Source: a virus (Duplodnaviria > Caudoviricetes). From it: a stretch of 64,000 nt of DNA. Shown piece by piece: positions 58,543-64,000 of the stretch (its first letter is position 1; every line of letters starts with the position of its first letter). The notes under the pieces were generated by a model that saw only the letters and a program-made list of their open reading frames with translations, was not told the origin of the DNA and made no database searches. The translations under genes and the position numbers were made by a program. The DNA lies in the IMG/VR virus record IMGVR_UViG_3300047392_000199, positions 7,164 through 71,163 of that record, one strand, 5' to 3'.

Positions 58543-58890
58543 ATGGATAATAAATTAAATAAAAGAGGAGGAAGTAAAGAAAATGCTGAATCTTTTAAAA
58601 GATGGGCTATTGAAAATTTAACAATACCTGACGAATTAGTATTTTGTGAAAATGCAACAATAGCCCGACAACATGTTAAGCGCAAAATAATAAATAGAAA
58701 TTTAATTCCACATGAATGTGGAATCTGTGGTATTGGACCAGAATGGAATGATAAACCAATGCCATTAATACTAGATCACATTAATGGCATTAATAATGAT
58801 AATAGACTAGAAAATCTAAGATTTGTTTGTTCTAATTGTGATTCTCAATTACCAACATATAAATCTAGAAATATTAAAAAGAAAGATTAA
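58543..58890 (+). CDS. HNH endonuclease (homing-type)
   Basis: CGIC...LILDHINGINNDNRLENLRFVCSNC. Confidence 0.85.
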   Translation: MDNKLNKRGGSKENAESFKRWAIENLTIPDELVFCENATIARQHVKRKIINRNLIPHECGICGIGPEWNDKPMPLILDHINGINNDNRLENLRFVCSNCDSQLPTYKSRNIKKKD

Positions 58891-58894
58891 ACTG

Positions 58895-58920
58895 AAACAA
58901 TCAAAAACTATTAAATATAA
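58895..58920 (+). promoter_or_regulatory. AAAC-N17-TATAA promoter
   Basis: Exact motif. Confidence 0.65.
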
Positions 58921-59023
58921 TAAATAATCAAAGTGGTGCCAAACACTTGAGGCCCTGAGTCAATAATGGCTTTGGAACTATCATAAAGGTAGTAAAAGGG
59001 TTTTAAACAAAAAGGAAAATCAC

Positions 59024-59779
59024 ATGAGTACACAAAAAATGGCAGCTATTGCTGTCAAAAACAACCGACTAAAAGCCTATAAAGGCAACAATGAAGAAGT
59101 ATTTTATCTTAAAGATGAAGACGAATTTCAAATTGAATTATTTAATTCAAAATCATATCCAGTTCTGGCAAAGATTTGGATGAATGGTACAATAATTTCA
59201 CAAAGCGGTCTAGTTCTTAGACCAGGTCAACACTTCTTTTTAGAACGTTATATTGACACTAACAACAAATTTGTTTTTAGAACTTATGATGTTGATGGAG
59301 AAAACGCAGAAGTTTTAAAAGCAATTGAAGACAATGGATCTGTAAAGGTTATTTTCTACAGAGAGAAAATCAAACAAATCCCAAGTTACCCAATTCCTCG
59401 TGGACCATTTATTTCAACAACACAGTACCCTTATTTTGGTACTACAGGAAATCCAATTACTTACAGTACAAATACCGCATTTTACAGTTCAACTGGATCA
59501 GCTCCAATTGCTGGATCTGTATCTTATACTAGCAATGCAAGTTTAAAAAGTTTTGAAACTGGAAGAGTTGAAATGGGAGCAAGTTCCAATCAAGATTTTG
59601 GAACAATTGATATGGATTTTGAAAATTATCCATGTGAAACTGTTACAATGAAAATTATGGCAGAATCTAATAAACCAATCGAAGTTTCAGATATTAGAAA
59701 TTATTGTTCTGATTGTGGAACTAGAATGAAGAAACAAACTTGGAAATTCTGTCCAAACTGCGGAAGCAAAATAGATTAA
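59024..59779 (+). CDS. hypothetical protein with C-terminal zinc ribbon
   Basis: CSDCG...FCPNCG at the C-terminus. Confidence 0.75.
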   Translation: MSTQKMAAIAVKNNRLKAYKGNNEEVFYLKDEDEFQIELFNSKSYPVLAKIWMNGTIISQSGLVLRPGQHFFLERYIDTNNKFVFRTYDVDGENAEVLKAIEDNGSVKVIFYREKIKQIPSYPIPRGPFISTTQYPYFGTTGNPITYSTNTAFYSSTGSAPIAGSVSYTSNASLKSFETGRVEMGASSNQDFGTIDMDFENYPCETVTMKIMAESNKPIEVSDIRNYCSDCGTRMKKQTWKFCPNCGSKID

Positions 59780-59800
59780 AATTAACTGGCACCACTTGAT

Positions 59801-59831
59801 AAAAAAAGCTCTTCTTAAGAAGAGCTTTTTT
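59801..59831. terminator. bidirectional terminator
   Basis: AAAAAAAGCTCTTCTTAAGAAGAGCTTTTTT palindrome between convergent genes. Confidence 0.85.
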
Positions 59832-59836
59832 AATTT

Positions 59837-59971
59837 TTAGCGACCTTGTCCACGGTACTTACTAACTTTTCGGGCATGTTTATTTTTACCTTTAGAAGCT
59901 TTACCGCTTTTTCTTTTTCCAAATTGAACTTTCATTGAATTTGAACCACCGCCTTTAGAACCTTTTGCCAT
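59837..59971 (-). CDS. 44-aa basic protein ending KYRGQGR
   Basis: Read by hand: MAKGSKGGGSNSMKVQFGKRKSGKASKGKNKHARKVSKYRGQGR*. Confidence 0.75.
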   Translation of the reverse strand: MAKGSKGGGSNSMKVQFGKRKSGKASKGKNKHARKVSKYRGQGR

Positions 59972-60058
59972 GATGATAGAAAGTATTTTTAAGGGTTTTG
60001 TTATTTATTTTCGTTGATTCAAAAAAATATCACAAAAAGTTTTACCGTTTGAAAATAA

Positions 60059-60075
60059 TTGTTTATATTTACATA
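60059..60075 (+). promoter_or_regulatory. early-type promoter TTGTTTATATTTACATA
   Basis: Identical core; TTTG upstream. Confidence 0.7.
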
Positions 60076-60088
60076 TCAAATTAGAATT

Positions 60089-60337
60089 ATGGGAGCAACA
60101 TCATTAATAGTAGGACAAAGATTAAAAAGTACAATCGAACAATTTGCCGTTTTAGCACTTTATAAAGGACATATTGATCCATTGATGCATCTTTCTGAGA
60201 TAATGGGAGTCACTCCTGTCAATGAAGATACTGAAGTACATGATATTATAGACCATTTACTTAAGGTTGCTGATAGTGAAGACGATACATACTTTCACAC
60301 TATAGCACCAAAGTTGATTGAATTTTGTTATATTTAA
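60089..60337 (+). CDS. hypothetical protein
   Basis: ATG 60089; the track start at 60059 lies inside the promoter. Confidence 0.55.
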   Translation: MGATSLIVGQRLKSTIEQFAVLALYKGHIDPLMHLSEIMGVTPVNEDTEVHDIIDHLLKVADSEDDTYFHTIAPKLIEFCYI

Positions 60338-60361
60338 ACTTTTTTGGAAAGCTACATATAA
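60336..60361 (+). promoter_or_regulatory. AAAC-N17-TATAA promoter
   Basis: Exact motif. Confidence 0.65.
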
Positions 60362-60380
60362 CTAAAATATAAGTATAATT

Positions 60381-61106
60381 ATGAGAATAACTTTAATATC
60401 AGATACTCACACTAAGCATGAAGAACTTATGTGGGATAAAACAGATCTTCCAGGTGGAGACTTATTAATTCATGCTGGTGACCTTATGAATTCGGGATAT
60501 AATTCAAATGACATTACCAGTTTTTGTAAATGGTTTAATGAATTAGAACAATATGACCATAAAGTCTTTATTGCTGGAAATCACGATAGAAAATTTGAAG
60601 ATAAACCAGAACAAGCAATGGAAATAGTTAACTCACATAAGTGGATTGATTATTTACAAGATGATTGGATTATAGTTGGAGATGACGATCCACATGTAGC
60701 AAATGTAAAAACTGCTAAAATCTACGGTAGTCCTTGGCAACCAGAATTTTACAATTGGGCATTTAATTTACCAAAAGGCGGACCTGGTCTAATGTCAAAA
60801 TGGGAAGCAATTCCAAAGGACACTGATATTTTAATCACACATGGTCCAGCACAAGGTCACTTAGATATGAGTGGACCTCCATATAATGAACCAAATTTAG
60901 GCTGCGCCTTATTAAGAGAAAAATTAGATGAACAACCTCCGAAAATACATGTATGCGGACATATTCATGGTGGATATGGTTACAAGTTCCATAATGGAAC
61001 TCATTACTTTAATGCTTCCATTCTAAATGAACGATATGAATACGTAAATAAACCAGTTACATTTGATTGGGATCCAGAAACAAATGAAATAACATTTTTA
61101 AACTAG
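60381..61106 (+). CDS. calcineurin-like metallophosphoesterase
   Basis: SDTH, HAGD, AGNHD, THGP, GHIH. Confidence 0.9.
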   Translation: MRITLISDTHTKHEELMWDKTDLPGGDLLIHAGDLMNSGYNSNDITSFCKWFNELEQYDHKVFIAGNHDRKFEDKPEQAMEIVNSHKWIDYLQDDWIIVGDDDPHVANVKTAKIYGSPWQPEFYNWAFNLPKGGPGLMSKWEAIPKDTDILITHGPAQGHLDMSGPPYNEPNLGCALLREKLDEQPPKIHVCGHIHGGYGYKFHNGTHYFNASILNERYEYVNKPVTFDWDPETNEITFLN

Positions 61107-61111
61107 AAATT

Positions 61112-61747
61112 ATGGAAGTTAGCTTTGCAGATACATTTAGTAAGAGTCTTAAACGATTGATTTGGCATGAAAGCCGAATCTATAAGTTTTATGCATTCTT
61201 TAGATATGACATCAAACGTTTTATTAAAAATGTTTGGCGTTTTAGAAAAGCTTTAGCTAATTATTATTGGTGGGATCATCATGGAACTTTGATGTTTATG
61301 GAAATTGGAATAAATCACATGGCCGAAAATCTTGAAAAAAACGGGATGGAGATTGAATTGCCAAGAATGAAAAAAGTTGCTGCAATGAAACGTGTAGTTG
61401 AAATCATTAAGAATTATAATGAAAGCAACTACATTGAAATGGCTGAAGCTGAATTAGGAGAGATTGTTCATCATGAATGGGAATTTGAAGATGTACCAGA
61501 CAAACCTGGATATTCTCGACTTGTTGACCATGACACTCCAGCCGAAAAGAAACATAACCGTAAAGTTTATGATCGAGCTCGTCAAATTGAAGAACAAGAA
61601 TGGAAAGAACTTTTTAGTCTTCTACATGGTCAAAATCATAAAGATTATAAGAAGTACGAGAAGACTTTAACTGAAGAGGAAAAGAAGGAAACTGACCAAT
61701 ATTACAAATGGTTTGATGGTTCTGGATTAAAAGGATGGTGGGATTAG
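61112..61747 (+). CDS. hypothetical protein
   Basis: ORF in the operon, ending GWWD. Confidence 0.7.
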   Translation: MEVSFADTFSKSLKRLIWHESRIYKFYAFFRYDIKRFIKNVWRFRKALANYYWWDHHGTLMFMEIGINHMAENLEKNGMEIELPRMKKVAAMKRVVEIIKNYNESNYIEMAEAELGEIVHHEWEFEDVPDKPGYSRLVDHDTPAEKKHNRKVYDRARQIEEQEWKELFSLLHGQNHKDYKKYEKTLTEEEKKETDQYYKWFDGSGLKGWWD

Positions 61748-61769
61748 TATACAATTTAAAATAATATAA

Positions 61770-62840
61770 ATGAGTAAAAAGAAAGATTTCTTATATGCAT
61801 ATTTAAATGCATATGCACCAGTCGCGCAAGAGAATGAAGGACAACAAATTTGGAAAGATTATGTTTCTAAATTTGCTGATGATGTCGAAACAGACGCCTA
61901 TGGCACCGTGGTTGCTGTAAAAATATGTGATGACTCTATAATGGATCCAATGAGCGTTGTTATTGAAGCTCACTGTGACGAGATTGCATGGATCGTAACA
62001 TATATTGATAGTGATGGTATGATTAGAGTTCAACGACATGGAGGCAGTGATAATATGATTGCACCTTCTAAGACGGTAATGATTCATACACATGACGGTC
62101 AAAAATTAAGAGGATTATTTGGTTGGCCGGCAATTCACACTCGTAAAGAATGGACCGAAAAAGGTTATGAACAAGACGAGCTTTGGGTTGATATGGGTCT
62201 TAAAGATAAAGAAGCTGTTGAAGCTGCCGGAGTTGAAGTTGGAAATCTTATTACATTCGATACTCAACTTGAAGAAATTGGAGACTATTATGTTGGTCGT
62301 TCTTTAGATAATAAAATTGGAGGTTATATTATTGCTGAAGCTCTTAGAATTTTATCTAAAGAAAAGGTTAAATTGCCATATAATTTATTTGTTGTCAATT
62401 CTGTACAAGAGGAAGTTGGTTTACATGGAGCAACCATGATTGCTAAAAAATTACGAGCTGATTTAGCCTTAGTACATGATGTCTGCCACAATACAAACAC
62501 TCCAAAAATTGAAAAGGCAAAAGAGGGAGATAACAAAGGCGGTGGAGGTCCATGTTTAGAATACACTGCACAGAATCATCGCAAGATTAATCAAATGTTA
62601 AGAGACGTTGCAAAGGCTAATAAAATTCCGGTGCAATTAACAGTTGGAAGTTATGGAAATGATACAATGGCTTTCTTTTTAGAAAATACACCAACTGCAA
62701 TCCTTGCAACTCCTCTAAAATACATGCACACCACTGTTGAAATGGCACATAAAAATGATGTTGAATCTGCAATTAAATTATATGTTGAATTTTTAAAGGC
62801 TTTAACTCCTGAAAAAATAGATGACATTAACAATAGATAA
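61770..62840 (+). CDS. M42-family (TET-like) aminopeptidase
   Basis: EAHCDEI, SLDNKIG, VQEEVG, HDV, YMHT. Confidence 0.88.
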   Translation: MSKKKDFLYAYLNAYAPVAQENEGQQIWKDYVSKFADDVETDAYGTVVAVKICDDSIMDPMSVVIEAHCDEIAWIVTYIDSDGMIRVQRHGGSDNMIAPSKTVMIHTHDGQKLRGLFGWPAIHTRKEWTEKGYEQDELWVDMGLKDKEAVEAAGVEVGNLITFDTQLEEIGDYYVGRSLDNKIGGYIIAEALRILSKEKVKLPYNLFVVNSVQEEVGLHGATMIAKKLRADLALVHDVCHNTNTPKIEKAKEGDNKGGGGPCLEYTAQNHRKINQMLRDVAKANKIPVQLTVGSYGNDTMAFFLENTPTAILATPLKYMHTTVEMAHKNDVESAIKLYVEFLKALTPEKIDDINNR

Positions 62841-63553
62841 TGGTAACATTTGTACTTACAAGCTGTGGACGTCTAGACCTTTTAGAAAAGACGCTTCACA
62901 GTTTTTTTAAATTTAATAAATTTCCAATTGAGAAGTTTATCATAACAGAAGACTCTGAAGAGCCAGGGATAGAAGAGAAGTGTGACAGGTTGAATCAACT
63001 TTTTGATAACAAATTAACATTCATCTTTAATAAGCCTAAGTTAGGACAAAGCCGGTCAATTGATCTAGCATACTCATTAGTTGAAACTCCTTACATATTT
63101 CATTGTGAAGACGATTGGGAATTCTATGCTGGAGGTTTCATTGAGAAATCACTACAACTTTTAGAAGAGAAACCTGAAGTTCTACAAGCTTGGATTCGAC
63201 CAAAATCCGATGGCATCTTAAATAAGATTGGAGCCGAAGTATTCTACACATCGGTTGGAGTTCCATTCAGAACTGTAATGCCAGCAAGTTTTTACACCGG
63301 AAAGGTTCTTGAAAACGGAGACAAGGAAACTGTTATAAACTACATGGGATTCTCGTACAACCCAGGTCTTAAAAGAACCAGAGACTATTTTAAATTAGGA
63401 TCTGGCGGTTATACTCAATTTGGCAAAGAACACTTAATTGACCATTACTACCGAGACCTTGGGTATAGAGTTGTTAGTATGACTATGAACGACCATGATG
63501 GTTATGTTCGACATATTGGATGGGAGCGAAGAGTTGAAAACACAATACTCTAG
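62840..63553 (+). CDS. GT-A (family 2-like) glycosyltransferase
   Basis: TSCGR.DLL, ITEDS, FHCEDDW, YVRHIG. Confidence 0.8.
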   Translation: MVTFVLTSCGRLDLLEKTLHSFFKFNKFPIEKFIITEDSEEPGIEEKCDRLNQLFDNKLTFIFNKPKLGQSRSIDLAYSLVETPYIFHCEDDWEFYAGGFIEKSLQLLEEKPEVLQAWIRPKSDGILNKIGAEVFYTSVGVPFRTVMPASFYTGKVLENGDKETVINYMGFSYNPGLKRTRDYFKLGSGGYTQFGKEHLIDHYYRDLGYRVVSMTMNDHDGYVRHIGWERRVENTIL

Positions 63554-63611
63554 GAAATTGTTAATAACTTTTTGAAAGTTTTTCACAAAAACGTTTCGGG
63601 TTTGAAAAATT

Positions 63612-63628
63612 ATGTTTATATTTACATA
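63612..63628 (+). promoter_or_regulatory. early-type promoter ATGTTTATATTTACATA
   Basis: 16/17 match to the other copies; TTTG upstream. Confidence 0.7.
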
Positions 63629-63665
63629 TAACAAATTAACAATAACAATTTAAACATCCACGATT

Positions 63666-64000
63666 ATGATGAATTCAATTCAAAAACAAGTTAGAATTTC
63701 TTTAAGTCCTTCACAAGAACAATATGCTCAAATTAGAGCAGAGTATCTTGTAAAAACAGGATCTGATAATTATTACGATTTCCCAGATATTTTTGACCAG
63801 ATGGTTCAAGATGTTCGTCAAGAATGGACATTGGAAAATGTTACATTCACTCAAGCTCAAGCTTTTGCTGAGCCGATTCGTATTGCAAATCCTGACCAAT
63901 GTGTTACTCTTTATAATGATAAAAACGGAAGTTTTATCGGTAACACTACTTGGAATGACCAAATCAAAATGTTTTGGGAATATCCAGTCTACACTGAACA
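63666..64000 (+). CDS. hypothetical early protein, 5' part (runs off the window)
   Basis: MMNSIQKQVRISLSPSQEQYAQ... stays open to the window end. Confidence 0.6.
   Translation, partial: MMNSIQKQVRISLSPSQEQYAQIRAEYLVKTGSDNYYDFPDIFDQMVQDVRQEWTLENVTFTQAQAFAEPIRIANPDQCVTLYNDKNGSFIGNTTWNDQIKMFWEYPVYTE

Noticed and set aside
58927-59800. Retron, DGR or IS element as the cause of the inverted repeats
   Set aside because: No reverse transcriptase, transposase or recombinase in the window and no target-site duplication seen; kept only as an unexplained inverted-repeat finding
63711-63962. 83-aa minus-strand ORF at the window end
   Set aside because: Opposite a plus-strand ORF (63666 onward) that follows an early promoter

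Overview
This window is 64 kb of an AT-rich, T4-like (myovirus-type) large dsDNA phage genome, almost all on the + strand. TAnnTTT(A/G)-type promoters and A-rich leaders without a Shine-Dalgarno suggest a Bacteroidota host (inference). It holds the T4-like replication and recombination core (primase 3' end, UvsY/UvsW/UvsX, a family-B DNA polymerase split into two distant genes, clamp and clamp loader, gp41, gp46/47, RNase H, NrdA/B), late transcription genes (gp55, probable gp33) and head/tail morphogenesis genes. It also holds tRNA-Ser(TGA), an HNH gene and accessory enzymes. The most notable candidate system is a DNA-hypermodification-like cluster at 11.7-18.4 kb, next to the polymerase gene. 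It combines myo-inositol-phosphate synthase, a HAD phosphatase, a T4 beta-glucosyltransferase homolog, a BGT-N-domain/SGNH fusion, an FkbM methyltransferase, an aGPT-Pplase/5-hmdU-kinase-helical-like protein and a gp56 dCTPase, which suggests an inositol-decorated base. A second candidate is a late block at 2.4-11.1 kb of proteins with T4 capsid-targeting-like peptides, including ligase-fold and HIGH nucleotidyltransferases and a PD-(D/E)xK nuclease, which may be injected enzymes. Also seen: three promoter classes, a CUU-UAA +1 frameshift candidate in the tail chaperone, and an inverted-repeat-flanked gene. All assignments come from motif recognition by eye; no database searches were run.
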